From Clostridiaceae bacterium (GTDB lineage: Bacteria > Bacillota > Clostridia > Christensenellales > CAG-917): a DNA stretch of 64,000 nt. The stretch lies in assembly GCA_031289315.1 (NCBI GenBank), contig JAITPR010000051.1, forward strand, positions 6,426 through 70,425, written 5' to 3'. Of this stretch, positions 9,675-19,524 are shown one piece after another. Under the pieces are notes generated by a model. That model made no database searches. It was given only the letters and a program-made list of their open reading frames with translations, and was not told where the DNA came from. A program made the translations under genes and the position numbers. Numbering within the stretch: position 1 is the first letter of the stretch; every line of letters starts with the position of its first letter.

Positions 9675-11495
9675 TCAATCAAAAAAATCGTCTATACGCT
9701 TCCTCTTTCTACTTTTAAAGTCGAACGTATAGCGCGGCGCGTCGAATGACTCCGTACAAAACGGAGTTTCTTCCGTCAAGCCTCTTCCGTCGAGGAAGTT
9801 TTTAAACATTCCCATTCCCGCCGCCAAATAACTCCTGACATAGGCGGAACGGAATACCGGCATATAAATCCGCTTTATATACATTTCTCCGGGGCGTATC
9901 AGATCCAATTTACTCACCGGAATAAGCAGCACCTCCGAAAGTGTGTGGTCGTCGTCGTTCATCTGCGCTGAAAGCGTCGGCACAAAGCGTTTCCCGCACT
10001 CTGCGGAGAAGTTTTCCTTTGTCGCGCGGTTTTGCGCGCCTAAAAATATTTGAGAGTTGCAGTTATCTCTTATCACCACAGCTCTGTCTGCTCCGTACAC
10101 TATGTCCAACTGTTTGTGTGATTGCACCACTAAGTGAAACCATATGTTTCTAGAGCGCGCCGTGGAAATTTTGTTTTCAAGGTCGCGTATCTCCGGAATG
10201 TTACCAAACTCGTCAAGCAAGAAGTGTAGCGCGCGTTGCGGACCCTTTTTTTCCACCTTTTCCAACATCATTCTGTAAACCCAGTCTATAAACAAACCCG
10301 CAACTATAAAATCACTCTTCTCATAATCACGCGTTATATTGAATATCGCGAACGGGTTTTCGTCGTCGGAATCTAAATCAATGGTATTGCCGCTAGTAAG
10401 CGCGAATATGTGACCTTGCAGCCAGTCCTTAATGGCGGTGTCGAAAACGCCGCAATAGCTACGCATCGTAGTCGGTGCGTTTCCTAATGCGGTTGCCATC
10501 AGGGCTAGTGTCTTTTCACTTTTATCACGCAATACGGGGTGATTATATAAGGTGGTATTGTTATTCTCTGCCAAAATAGGCACTTTTAGCTCCAAATAAT
10601 AGCGTTGAAGTGTACGTAACGTCATCATATCACTGGTAAAGTCATCCTTTCTACGTGTGGCTTCCTCCAACATACAGTTTAGAAGTCCCTTTAAAAGGTC
10701 TTGTGCGCCGTACTCCCACGTCGGGTCTTTGCTACTCTGAACCTTGATCATCATGTGCGCCATCTGGCTGATTTTTGAGTCGATTTGCGCGGACAGCGTA
10801 CATCTCTCAAACGCGACATATGCGTCACAAGCGACTTCGTTTGCAAAAGCCCGTCCGGCATACTCCCAATATCCGGTGTCCATATACGCCTCATACGGCG
10901 GTGCCGTAATAAGTCCCTTTTTGACCTTGCCGGCGTGGAACTTAACGTCCTGTCCTGTCTCGGATAGCTTCATTGCATCCGTGTAAAGCTCAAAAAACGG
11001 GTTCCACCTGTCGGAGCGCATCGGCTCCTTAAAATTAAGCACAAAGATTTTATATCCCTGTTCCTTCAAATGCTTTACGTTTCTGTCAAACAGCTCTCCT
11101 TTCGGATCCGTAAGAAATAAATTCGGCTTATTTTTCTGCGAAGAAATTGCCCTCAACTGCGGTTCTACGCAGCCGGTCGTCTTACCGCTCCCCGTCGTAC
11201 CGACATAAAGCTCGTGGTGATAGGGCAAATAATGGAAGCGTAATTTGCACTCCTTTTTCTTTGCCGCCGATAAATTTTTATAATCCTCAGCAGAATATAC
11301 ATTGCCGTCCTTATCCGCTAAATCGCTTGCCACCGGATAGCCTTCTATTTCGGTTTTATTTAAATCCTCATAGTATACGGTTTTTAGTCCGTCGGCGGCG
11401 CTTAAATCTGTATAAAGTATTTCTCTGGAGTTCTCCAGATACTCCGCTATGTATGCGGCGCTTATTCTTGCCGCGAATGAATCGTCATTTTTCAT
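9675..11495 (-). CDS. VirD4/TraG-like (T4SS coupling protein family) ATPase lacking an obvious membrane anchor
   Basis: Walker A GTTGSGKT, TDPKGEL, WNPF, Walker B LLDEFGN, ARSRNI...VVQSHKQL..VYG, IRDNC. Confidence 0.85.
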   Translation of the reverse strand: MKNDDSFAARISAAYIAEYLENSREILYTDLSAADGLKTVYYEDLNKTEIEGYPVASDLADKDGNVYSAEDYKNLSAAKKKECKLRFHYLPYHHELYVGTTGSGKTTGCVEPQLRAISSQKNKPNLFLTDPKGELFDRNVKHLKEQGYKIFVLNFKEPMRSDRWNPFFELYTDAMKLSETGQDVKFHAGKVKKGLITAPPYEAYMDTGYWEYAGRAFANEVACDAYVAFERCTLSAQIDSKISQMAHMMIKVQSSKDPTWEYGAQDLLKGLLNCMLEEATRRKDDFTSDMMTLRTLQRYYLELKVPILAENNNTTLYNHPVLRDKSEKTLALMATALGNAPTTMRSYCGVFDTAIKDWLQGHIFALTSGNTIDLDSDDENPFAIFNITRDYEKSDFIVAGLFIDWVYRMMLEKVEKKGPQRALHFLLDEFGNIPEIRDLENKISTARSRNIWFHLVVQSHKQLDIVYGADRAVVIRDNCNSQIFLGAQNRATKENFSAECGKRFVPTLSAQMNDDDHTLSEVLLIPVSKLDLIRPGEMYIKRIYMPVFRSAYVRSYLAAGMGMFKNFLDGRGLTEETPFCTESFDAPRYTFDFKSRKRKRIDDFFD

Positions 11496-11509
11496 TTGCT
11501 ATTCTCCTT

Positions 11510-13174
11510 TTATGCCTTTCCCTTGTTGTTGAGCGTGCCGCCGAACCCAAACGGCGCGCCGTTGTCGGCGAACCTGTTCACGATAGCTTTAACCGCGACC
11601 TCCGTCACACCGTCCGCCTTTCCGGACAGCCGCTTTGCCTTGGCGTGGCAGGCGATATCGGCAACGACATCTTGAATATCGGAAGCGTTGCTATCGCAGA
11701 CAATCCTTTTCATTTCATCGGTCAAGAGGATATCTTCCCCATATTTGATTCGCCATTCGTTGAGGGCTTCTTCCAAAATAATGCCCTTTTCCTCATCGCG
11801 TGCGCTCCCCAACCTCACCGCGTCGCATGCGTTTACAAGCTGTGCGCCCGGCATCTCCTCCGCCGTAAGCACGATAAGCATGTCCGAAAAATCAAAGGTG
11901 ATGCCTAAGTCGTGTATTTTAAACTTCCGCATATACTCGTTGGATAGCATGTTAACAAGCCCGTCGACTACGTTAGTGGAAAGCTTGTCCGTTACGTCGA
12001 AGACAAACACAGTGGCGTTTTTTGATTCGATAACCCTTTGAACGACGACGTTGTCCCTATTCGGCTCCACGTTTTTCTCCGTCAGTCCTCCGGCGTCGAT
12101 GTTTTCCACGACCGCTCCGGCAAAGGCTTCCGCAACGGCATCCCTATACATGTCAAGAATAAACCTGTCGCGACATACCAAAAGCAAGGGACGGAACCCG
12201 GGTCTTGCCGCCGCGCCGTAGCCGCATACCTTAGTCCAAACCCTATCGGCTTCATTTTCGCGTTTTAGCCGCATGCCGTCAAAAGGCGCGTAGGACGGCT
12301 CAACGTTTTTATTGTTTACGTTCATATCCAGCGGCAGTTCGTTCACGGAGGAAAGCACTTCCTTGTTCGCGGAAAACAGCACCTTTTGTTTATCGGTGCG
12401 CGACAGCCGTGCGGAATAAGCCACGCGCGCCGCTTGAGGATTATAAATTTGCTTGTTGTAGCGCTCCTTGCCCTCGACGCACGCCGCAAAGCATTTCAAC
12501 ACTAACTCTGCATCGCGGTTTTCCTCCGTATTGTCAATTCCCGGGTATGCCGTATGTATGGATTTATAAAGCTCCTCGTGTAAATCGCATTTAAGCAACA
12601 CGTTTACGAACGTGAAGTGCTTTTTAATGTTTTTCTTGTCGTAGCGCAACAAGAGAAGCGCACAATCTAAATTGCCCCACTCCTCACCTTTGGTCAGCGT
12701 CTTTACCGCTTGAGGCAAATTTCTTGCTGCGCCTATGCCGTTTGCCAGCATAAAACCTAAGACGGTAAGAGCGGTAATGTCCCCATTTCTAGCGGCATCT
12801 TCCATCAACCGCACGGACTCCGCGCTGTCCGTTTCATGTTCGGACAAAAGCTTTGCTTCCGCCGCACGCCGTATACCGCTCCCCTTGCACAGGAATGCCC
12901 ATCTTTCGGTGTCCGTAAAGCCGGACTCAATGCCCGACTTGCCGCATTGATGCAACAACTTCTCCGTGCGCTCAAACCGCACTACGGTGTCGGCAACGGC
13001 TATTTGATGCTTTTTCGTCAACGCGTAAAGCGCCGAAATGTCTTTTTTGTCCGTCAAACCATACGCCGCGGCAAGCTCGCCGAAGACGCTCTCCGTATCC
13101 GCACCGAACTGCTTCAGTATGCCCTCAGCCGTAAAATAGACATTTAAAATTCTGCTGTTTGTTTCGTTTTTCAT
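11510..13174 (-). CDS. Sel1-like repeat protein with degenerate Lon-type AAA+ domain
   Basis: Sel1 motif AARNGDITALTVLGFMLANGIGAARN; C-half VFVFDVTDKL...FKIHDLGITFDFSDMLIVLTA...DEEKGII parallels the Lon AAA core. Confidence 0.65.
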   Translation of the reverse strand: MKNETNSRILNVYFTAEGILKQFGADTESVFGELAAAYGLTDKKDISALYALTKKHQIAVADTVVRFERTEKLLHQCGKSGIESGFTDTERWAFLCKGSGIRRAAEAKLLSEHETDSAESVRLMEDAARNGDITALTVLGFMLANGIGAARNLPQAVKTLTKGEEWGNLDCALLLLRYDKKNIKKHFTFVNVLLKCDLHEELYKSIHTAYPGIDNTEENRDAELVLKCFAACVEGKERYNKQIYNPQAARVAYSARLSRTDKQKVLFSANKEVLSSVNELPLDMNVNNKNVEPSYAPFDGMRLKRENEADRVWTKVCGYGAAARPGFRPLLLVCRDRFILDMYRDAVAEAFAGAVVENIDAGGLTEKNVEPNRDNVVVQRVIESKNATVFVFDVTDKLSTNVVDGLVNMLSNEYMRKFKIHDLGITFDFSDMLIVLTAEEMPGAQLVNACDAVRLGSARDEEKGIILEEALNEWRIKYGEDILLTDEMKRIVCDSNASDIQDVVADIACHAKAKRLSGKADGVTEVAVKAIVNRFADNGAPFGFGGTLNNKGKA

Positions 13175-13179
13175 AGCTC

Positions 13180-14157
13180 TTACCTTCTAACCCTTTTGTT
13201 TTGCAACGGATTCATTCCGTGCGCGCTTAACAGCCTTTCATAGCGGTTTTGCTCTCTGTCCACCGCTTTTGCGTCGGTTATAACCTTTGATACCTCGGCG
13301 TAGAAATCGTCCCCGTGTCCCGATACCTTGAAGTGCGCAAATTCATGACAAATCACATATTCGACAATATGCTTTGGAAATATTACGATTTCCACATTGA
13401 GCATTATTCTGCGTTCCTTTGGGAAACACCGTCCCCATGCGCTTAATCTATCTTCAAAGCCGATTCTTATGTCGGCATACTCCGCGCCGTAAAGCTCCCG
13501 TATTTCCGTAAAAAGCCGCCTTACCTCATTTAGAGTTAAGCAGACCTCCGGTGGTTTTTCCGTTGCTTGCAGCTCCGCGGCAGTCGCTAGACGCACTTCC
13601 AACCACTTCACCGATTTTTTGACGGCGGCTTCCGCCTCCGACTCAACTTGCTCCTGATTTTTGCCCGCGAACGGCGCGGTAACGACAACCTTTCCGCCTA
13701 TAACGCGTAATTTCATCTCACGGTAACGGGCTTCGCGGACTATCGTATATTCGACTCCCGCCACGGTGTGCACCTTTTCGGACGACTTGAGCCGCAAGCG
13801 GAACTCGTCCTTATCGCCCTGAAATTCGCCTTCGCGACATTTCGATGCTACCTCGGCTTCCTCTTTTTGACGGTTGCGTTCGGCTTCCTGATTTTCTTTT
13901 TCGATTTGTTTAATTGCTTCTTCTTGCGCTTTCCCGTCGATTGCGTCTTTCTCCGCGCGGCTTACAGCGGATAAAAAATCCTTGTCATCCGTTTTCAAGT
14001 ATCCGTCGCTGAACGCTTGCGGGAAAGGAAACTTTCTCACGTCGCCTGCCGAAAAATCAACGGTGATATGCTTATTTTTCTTGTCAAATTCGGCTATGTG
14101 TCCGCGTCCGTATTTACCGTGAGTGACCGTAGCGCCGATTATTTTTTCGTCATTCAT
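13180..14157 (-). CDS. YgjP/DUF45 (M48-like) zinc metalloprotein with N-terminal SH3/Tudor-like segment
   Basis: SAWGRC, EYVICHEFAH, HGDDFY; N-terminal VTHGKYGRGHI...VDF; ATGA overlap with clpP stop. Confidence 0.8.
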   Translation of the reverse strand: MNDEKIIGATVTHGKYGRGHIAEFDKKNKHITVDFSAGDVRKFPFPQAFSDGYLKTDDKDFLSAVSRAEKDAIDGKAQEEAIKQIEKENQEAERNRQKEEAEVASKCREGEFQGDKDEFRLRLKSSEKVHTVAGVEYTIVREARYREMKLRVIGGKVVVTAPFAGKNQEQVESEAEAAVKKSVKWLEVRLATAAELQATEKPPEVCLTLNEVRRLFTEIRELYGAEYADIRIGFEDRLSAWGRCFPKERRIMLNVEIVIFPKHIVEYVICHEFAHFKVSGHGDDFYAEVSKVITDAKAVDREQNRYERLLSAHGMNPLQNKRVRR

Positions 14158-14759
14158 GCTTCGTTTCCTCCCGCCGCCTTTACCGCGGTTTTAATTACCT
14201 CGTCGATAATTCCGTATGCCTTTGCCTCCTCCGCAGTCATGATGTAGTCGCGGTCGGTATCGCGGCGTATTTTTTTAAGCGGCTGACCCGTATGCAAAGC
14301 AAGCATCTCGTTTAAATCCTTACGGATACGCTTTATGTGTTCGGCGGCAATTATGACGTCCGACGCTTGTCCGCTAGCTCCCCCTAAAGGTTGGTGAATG
14401 AGAATTTCGCTGTGCGGCAAAGCCTTGCGCAAGCCTCTCGTCCCCGCCGAAAGCAGAAACGCCCCCATGCTAGCCGCCATACCAACGGCAATAGTGCAAA
14501 TCTTAGCCTTTGCGTAGTTCATCGTATCGTAAATACCAAGCCCCGCCGATACGCTTCCGCCCGGGCTGTTGATTTGCAGAATGATTATCCGCTTCTCCTC
14601 CGGCACCTTGTTTTCGATGAACCGATAATCAAGGTACTGTATTTGCGCTATAATGCTACGCGCCGTTACGTCGTCAATCTCACCGTACAAGTCGATAATG
14701 TTTTGATCGAGCAAAAAATTGCTTGATAGCTCTGCTATCGTATTCTGTTTCCCAGACAT
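14154..14759 (-). CDS. clpP: ATP-dependent Clp protease proteolytic subunit (accessory paralog)
   Basis: INSPGGSV, GMAASMGAFLL (Ser), IHQPLGG (His), DRDY (Asp), AKAYGIID. Confidence 0.93.
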   Translation of the reverse strand: MSGKQNTIAELSSNFLLDQNIIDLYGEIDDVTARSIIAQIQYLDYRFIENKVPEEKRIIILQINSPGGSVSAGLGIYDTMNYAKAKICTIAVGMAASMGAFLLSAGTRGLRKALPHSEILIHQPLGGASGQASDVIIAAEHIKRIRKDLNEMLALHTGQPLKKIRRDTDRDYIMTAEEAKAYGIIDEVIKTAVKAAGGNEA

Positions 14760-14790
14760 GTCTATACCTCTCCACTGTTTAATAATCTGA

Positions 14791-15026
14791 ATTATACAAC
14801 TTCCTAAAACCTATGTCCGTCAATTGTGAATTGACAAATTTATTTCCTCCGACACATGGTTTCCGGGTGACATATATCTATCTAATTGTCAATAGCCTCA
14901 TTTCATAGGGTGTGGACAACCCACGGTGACGACTTGCTACTTGAGAAAATATTTATCACCGCAAATTATCAATAGCTTCATTATATAACGTCCTAAAAAC
15001 TGTGTACGCAATTGCGAATTGACAAA
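14791..15026 (-). promoter_or_regulatory. Duplicated ~47-bp promoter/operator unit upstream of clpP
   Basis: 14791-14838 and 14980-15026 share ATTATAyAACkTCCTAAAA..TrTGT.CG.CAATTGyGAATTGACAAA, including TATAAT on the minus strand. Confidence 0.6.
14907..14970. repeat. Inverted copy of the 5043-5114 dispersed repeat
   Basis: AGGGTGTGGACAACCCACGGTGACGACTTGC; flanked by near-direct repeats ATTrTCAATAGCyTCATT. Confidence 0.6.
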
Positions 15027-15030
15027 AAAT

Positions 15031-15068
15031 AAAAAAAACGCACGGGAACTTGAATTCTTCCCGCACGT
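15031..15068 (-). terminator. Intrinsic terminator inside the accessory locus
   Basis: Minus strand ACGTGCGGGAA-9 nt-TTCCCGTGCGT followed by a T run; G-U pairs fit the minus strand. Confidence 0.75.
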
Positions 15069-15155
15069 CTTTTTGTAGCTGTTGATTAAATTTTTCCGCC
15101 TTAACTTAAGCTATATCCACCTTAAGTTTTGTTTCTCCGGTTCCATTGCTCCTAC

Positions 15156-16406
15156 TTATTTTTCCTGATCTGTTTTATTCGGATCTATTTGGCTTCTTTC
15201 GGTTAAAGAATAGAAGACTAAATCTTTGTTAAGTTTCTTTTGCGTACCAAGAAAATCCTGCGCATATTCAACCGCAGACTTATAAATGCCACCTACAATT
15301 CCGCCTTTCTCATATGTCCCTTTCTCCATATAAATCGCGATATAACTTTCCGTATCATCGTACGGAAAAGAATGACCCCAAAACGCAAATAACCTTGTTG
15401 TTTTTTCCACGTCCAAATGAAATCCAATGGCAAGTTTAAGCAAACTACGCCTATTAGGAGTAGCTTTTCCTCCGATATAGTTACTGTACAACTGTTTGTC
15501 CAAGCAGGCAGCTTTATATACCTCGGGACTTTTTATTGCGTTTTTCCTTTCCAAATCAATCAACAAATCTCTAAATGTATTGAACGGGAAAGACTTAGCT
15601 CGTTGTTTTTCTTTTTTTTGGGCGGCGAATTGGTCGATTTCGGCTTGCGATACAATTTTGTATTGCTTTTCATTTTCGGCATGCAGTTCGTCTTGCTGTA
15701 ACTTCTGACGCTTTTGCTCTGCGGCGTTATCGTCGGCTGTTTTAGATGAGCAAAGACTCTCCTCTTTTTGTCTTTGGGCGGTGCGTCCGATTTTTTCAAT
15801 CTTCTCGCGGAGGTCGTCATCTTGCCGGTTTGTACTTTTTTCTCCGGACCCGGTATCCACCGACCGGAGTTTTTGTTTTTCGACGTCATCGGCAGGTCTT
15901 TTAGGTGGTTCTGAGGCGTATAAGCAACAAATATCCTTCTCTCTTTCCCGGCGCGCCTCTTCTCTCTGTTCTTTTTCCGCTTCTTCCCGACGTTCGTTTT
16001 CTTTCCATGGGTATGCCGATTCTTCATCCCCATCTTTCTTATAGAGTCCGAAGAACACACCCCCTAAGTCTTGACGCGACTTTAAGAACCGTGATTGTCT
16101 TTTATCTGCGTACAGCTGTTTAAAATAACCCTCCAATTTAAAGCGGCGCCACGACAAAAGCTTTTCCGCAATCGTCAGCAGTTCTTCCATGCCGCGCGCG
16201 GAAAAAAACTTATGTAAATCAGAACGGTCGCCTTCTCCGCAACCGTACTTTAAATAATATAGGAATTCCGCAGTCGTAGCTAGCTCGTCGCGAACCTCGT
16301 CGCACCGGTGCCACAGCCTTTGCGGTATCTCTTTTGCATAATCCAGCTCTTGCCGAAGCGTTTTCTCTAACGCCTTTTCCAACTTTCTTTTATTTAACTC
16401 TTCCAT
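15156..16406 (-). CDS. Hypothetical protein with C-terminal XRE-like HTH domain
   Basis: FRDLLIDL..K....PEVYKAACLDKQLYSNY....TPNRRSLLKLAIGFHLD; similar to 59917-60537; start placed at ATG 16406 (upstream alternative 16439). Confidence 0.65.
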   Translation of the reverse strand: MEELNKRKLEKALEKTLRQELDYAKEIPQRLWHRCDEVRDELATTAEFLYYLKYGCGEGDRSDLHKFFSARGMEELLTIAEKLLSWRRFKLEGYFKQLYADKRQSRFLKSRQDLGGVFFGLYKKDGDEESAYPWKENERREEAEKEQREEARREREKDICCLYASEPPKRPADDVEKQKLRSVDTGSGEKSTNRQDDDLREKIEKIGRTAQRQKEESLCSSKTADDNAAEQKRQKLQQDELHAENEKQYKIVSQAEIDQFAAQKKEKQRAKSFPFNTFRDLLIDLERKNAIKSPEVYKAACLDKQLYSNYIGGKATPNRRSLLKLAIGFHLDVEKTTRLFAFWGHSFPYDDTESYIAIYMEKGTYEKGGIVGGIYKSAVEYAQDFLGTQKKLNKDLVFYSLTERSQIDPNKTDQEK

Positions 16407-16467
16407 TCTCCCAAACACGCCTCCCGCATTTTCCGGCATCGCTTATGAGTAAACGACACCGCTCCAT

Positions 16468-19044
16468 CTATCGCCGAATTTCCTTATAATAGTCCCATTC
16501 GAATTCCCGCAATCGCTTTTTAAACTCCTCTACCTCTTGCCCCGAACCGCCTTTCATCTCGTAATGCTCACGGAACGACGCCAGCCTAGAAGCGTTATAA
16601 CACGCATCTAGCACCGAAGTTTCATTGTATTTTTCGGCAAAAGCCTTGACTATACCTTCAATGTATTTGGGCTTATTTTTCAGTTCCTTATGCAAGAAAT
16701 CGATGACTTTATATCTATTTATATCTTTTTTTGCGATAGCGCGTGCTTTACTTAACCGTTCGCGCCAGTCATTAATATCAAAAATGATCTCTACGGTATT
16801 TCCCTGCGTCGCGTTTCCGGACGCGGGATTTGCCCCCCGTGGATTTGTCGGCGACGCGTTTCCAGCATTGCCCGCTACCGCCCATGGATTACCCTCTTGC
16901 GGTTCGTTTTTCTTATCTTGCTCGCTTGCAGGGCTACCGCTGCTCTTATCTAAAGAAGCCGCCATTTCCCTTAAGTTGGTCCCTTTTAGGAATTTCTCTT
17001 TGAATATGAAGTGAGGATGTTGTATCCATTCCTCCGCATGCTCTAGAAAAGTCTTTATTTCTTGCTGATACGAGGTTTTATCTAAGCTTAACCACCTTTT
17101 TACTTTTTGGTTGTCGCAGGCTTTTGTATATTTTTTGGTTAACTCTTTAATCTCTTTAACATATTCATATATTCCTTCTTTGTTCAAATAAGACAGGTAT
17201 TTTTCATTTTTAGTCAAGTCCCAATCACTCAGTTTGTTCTTCAAACTTTCTAATGCTTCTACTTTGTTTTGCGTGTCTTTCTTTGAATTAGGATTTCTAT
17301 GCTTCTGCACTATGTCGGAAAAATGCTTGATTTCATATTCCAAATCATCTAACAATTCGTCTTTTTCTTTTTCTAGCGGCAACAACTCTTCATCATACGC
17401 CTTTTTATCTCTCCTATGCTCGAAAAACTCTTGAGCAAACTTACGCAGTTGAGAAATGACGATTTCCAAGCCGGGGGTTGCAGCGTTGTCTTTAAATACC
17501 TCGTCACTTACCTCGTCGCAATGCTCCAACAAGTATTCCGATACCATTTCCTTTATATCTTCAATCTTTTCTTTTCTTTCGGCTTCGGCTCTTTTCTTTT
17601 CCGCTTTTTCGGCTGCGTTTTTAACCGTGTCGTTAGCCATGGTTCTTCTATTGCCGTTATTTCCGTATGGTTCGCGATACCGGTCGGAATTGCCCGAATT
17701 ATATCCGCCAAAATTGCCCGCGTCGTATCCGCCGGGATTACCCGTTTTATCACCGCTCCCATTGCTCGAACCGTAATAACCGCTTCCATGTCCGCCCTTA
17801 GTCGGCACAGGTGGCTGCACCGGGGGCGGCGTAACGGCGGCTTCCGTACGCGATTTCGTCTTTTCTGTTATCCAGTCAACCAACCTCTTAACTATTTCGG
17901 GCGTAAGAGCTATATCGTCCTTCTTGCCCTCCTCTCCCGCAACGAAAGCGTCTACCAGCTTCGCGGCGACGGTATCAAGCTTATCGTAGGTTCGCGACTT
18001 GACATACCCGGTAATCTCCTCCGGGTTGTCGGCAATCTTTTCGGTAATCTCAATTTTTTTTCTAAGGCGGCAATACTCATCGTACATGGCGGTCGCCCGC
18101 AGGGTTCTGCTTTTAAAACGCCTTTTCATGTCGCCGTAATCCTTAAACCCGAACGCCACGAAAGCCATGGTCGCGTCGTCGGCGCCAACCTCGTCATAAT
18201 GATTTTTCAGGTTTTTGCACAAATCCTCGGAGGAATCAGTCGCTTGAAGTTCTCTAAGAATAGTCGCTTCCACGCCCAAATTATCGTGCGGCGAATACGG
18301 GTCAAAAACACCGTCGCTAACACCCATTAATATAAACGGCTTTTTTATATTGGGATACACCTTGTAATGCAATATGGGGTCTTCCGTGCCGCCCACGTAG
18401 AAATGGTTGGTAATCAACTCCGAAGCGTCCTCGTCGTCCTCCGTAAGCTGTCTAAGTCCGTTTTCATCGATAATATAACACCGCGAATCTCCCGCCCAAA
18501 CCGCCTCGACGGTCACGGTGTCGTTTTTGTTTTCACGATAAAGCAAGCTGGCAAGCGTAGTTGGCAACAATCTTTGTCCGGCGTTTTTTTCGGCGGTAAA
18601 ATCGAATCCCTTGACGGCGTTTTCCAAACCTTCTAGAATGTATTTAACAAGTTTTTGGCGTTCTTTTTCGTCTTCAAGGCAATTTATTTTTTCGTCGTAT
18701 ATTCCCAATATGTAGCGAGCAATGACGATACGCGAAGCCCATTTTGCCGAAGTATCGGCTTCTTCGTCCGTAAGCGGAGAAAACCAAGCGTCTATATACG
18801 GAATTAACCACGCGTGCTGGTACTTGTCGTATTCCAACAAGGTACACTTCAAAATATCTGCTAGTCTTTCGCGGCGCCGTTTCTCGTCGGACAAAGCGTA
18901 ACGTGTCGATATAGCCTTATGAACCGACGCCCCGGAACCACCCAATCCGTCCGCGACAACAAGCATTTTCCCATCAAAATACGGGTCCGCGTCCTCGTCC
19001 TTAAGACGGGAATAAAATTTAAAAGATAAGTCCTTATTGATCAT
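16468..19044 (-). CDS. PP2C-like protein phosphatase with long coiled-coil and low-complexity C-terminus
   Basis: LVVADGLGGSG, PTTLA, WAGDSRCY, ITN, VSDGVFD, DDATMAFVAFG; start ATG 19044 or GTG 19050. Confidence 0.82.
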   Translation of the reverse strand: MINKDLSFKFYSRLKDEDADPYFDGKMLVVADGLGGSGASVHKAISTRYALSDEKRRRERLADILKCTLLEYDKYQHAWLIPYIDAWFSPLTDEEADTSAKWASRIVIARYILGIYDEKINCLEDEKERQKLVKYILEGLENAVKGFDFTAEKNAGQRLLPTTLASLLYRENKNDTVTVEAVWAGDSRCYIIDENGLRQLTEDDEDASELITNHFYVGGTEDPILHYKVYPNIKKPFILMGVSDGVFDPYSPHDNLGVEATILRELQATDSSEDLCKNLKNHYDEVGADDATMAFVAFGFKDYGDMKRRFKSRTLRATAMYDEYCRLRKKIEITEKIADNPEEITGYVKSRTYDKLDTVAAKLVDAFVAGEEGKKDDIALTPEIVKRLVDWITEKTKSRTEAAVTPPPVQPPVPTKGGHGSGYYGSSNGSGDKTGNPGGYDAGNFGGYNSGNSDRYREPYGNNGNRRTMANDTVKNAAEKAEKKRAEAERKEKIEDIKEMVSEYLLEHCDEVSDEVFKDNAATPGLEIVISQLRKFAQEFFEHRRDKKAYDEELLPLEKEKDELLDDLEYEIKHFSDIVQKHRNPNSKKDTQNKVEALESLKNKLSDWDLTKNEKYLSYLNKEGIYEYVKEIKELTKKYTKACDNQKVKRWLSLDKTSYQQEIKTFLEHAEEWIQHPHFIFKEKFLKGTNLREMAASLDKSSGSPASEQDKKNEPQEGNPWAVAGNAGNASPTNPRGANPASGNATQGNTVEIIFDINDWRERLSKARAIAKKDINRYKVIDFLHKELKNKPKYIEGIVKAFAEKYNETSVLDACYNASRLASFREHYEMKGGSGQEVEEFKKRLREFEWDYYKEIRR

Positions 19045-19211
19045 TTGCACGCTCCGTTTAGCCTGATAATTTTTTTGCTTGCACTTTTTACACTTGCCGT
19101 TGCCGCACTCAAATAACGCGCCGATTACAATTTCAACGCGGAACGGCATTAGTATTCCTTATGTCCGCTTGCAATTGGCGTGTTACACATCGTCACACAC
19201 TCTCAACTTAC

Positions 19212-19240
19212 ATTATATCCTATTTATTAACTATGTGCAA
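19212..19240 (-). promoter_or_regulatory. Internal sigmaA-like promoter for the second PP2C gene
   Basis: Minus strand TTGCAC-17 bp-TATAAT. Confidence 0.6.
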
Positions 19241-19524
19241 TAGCTTTTTTAATTTTTATTAACACATATGGTGTTAATTTTTATCAACACGATAGCTTTT
19301 TAAGTTTTTATTGCAAGTCGGCAAGGCACATATCATAAGTCGGCAAGAGCATCCGCGGATTATCCACTAAATCTTGCTTCAAATTTCCGCACCTTTGAGA
19401 GATAATCCGCTTGAAAGATGACTTTACCCACGTAAGGCGCATTCCTCAAGGTATGCAGGGATATGCGTTATACCCGTATAAGGCACCTGTAGGTATGCTC
19501 GAATTATCCGCTAAATTTTGCAGC

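Noticed and set aside
17416-18330. Long antisense ORFs (also 4318-4983, 11147-11908, 32286-33008, 47407-48114)
   Set aside because: Shadows of well-supported genes on the opposite strand, with no motifs.
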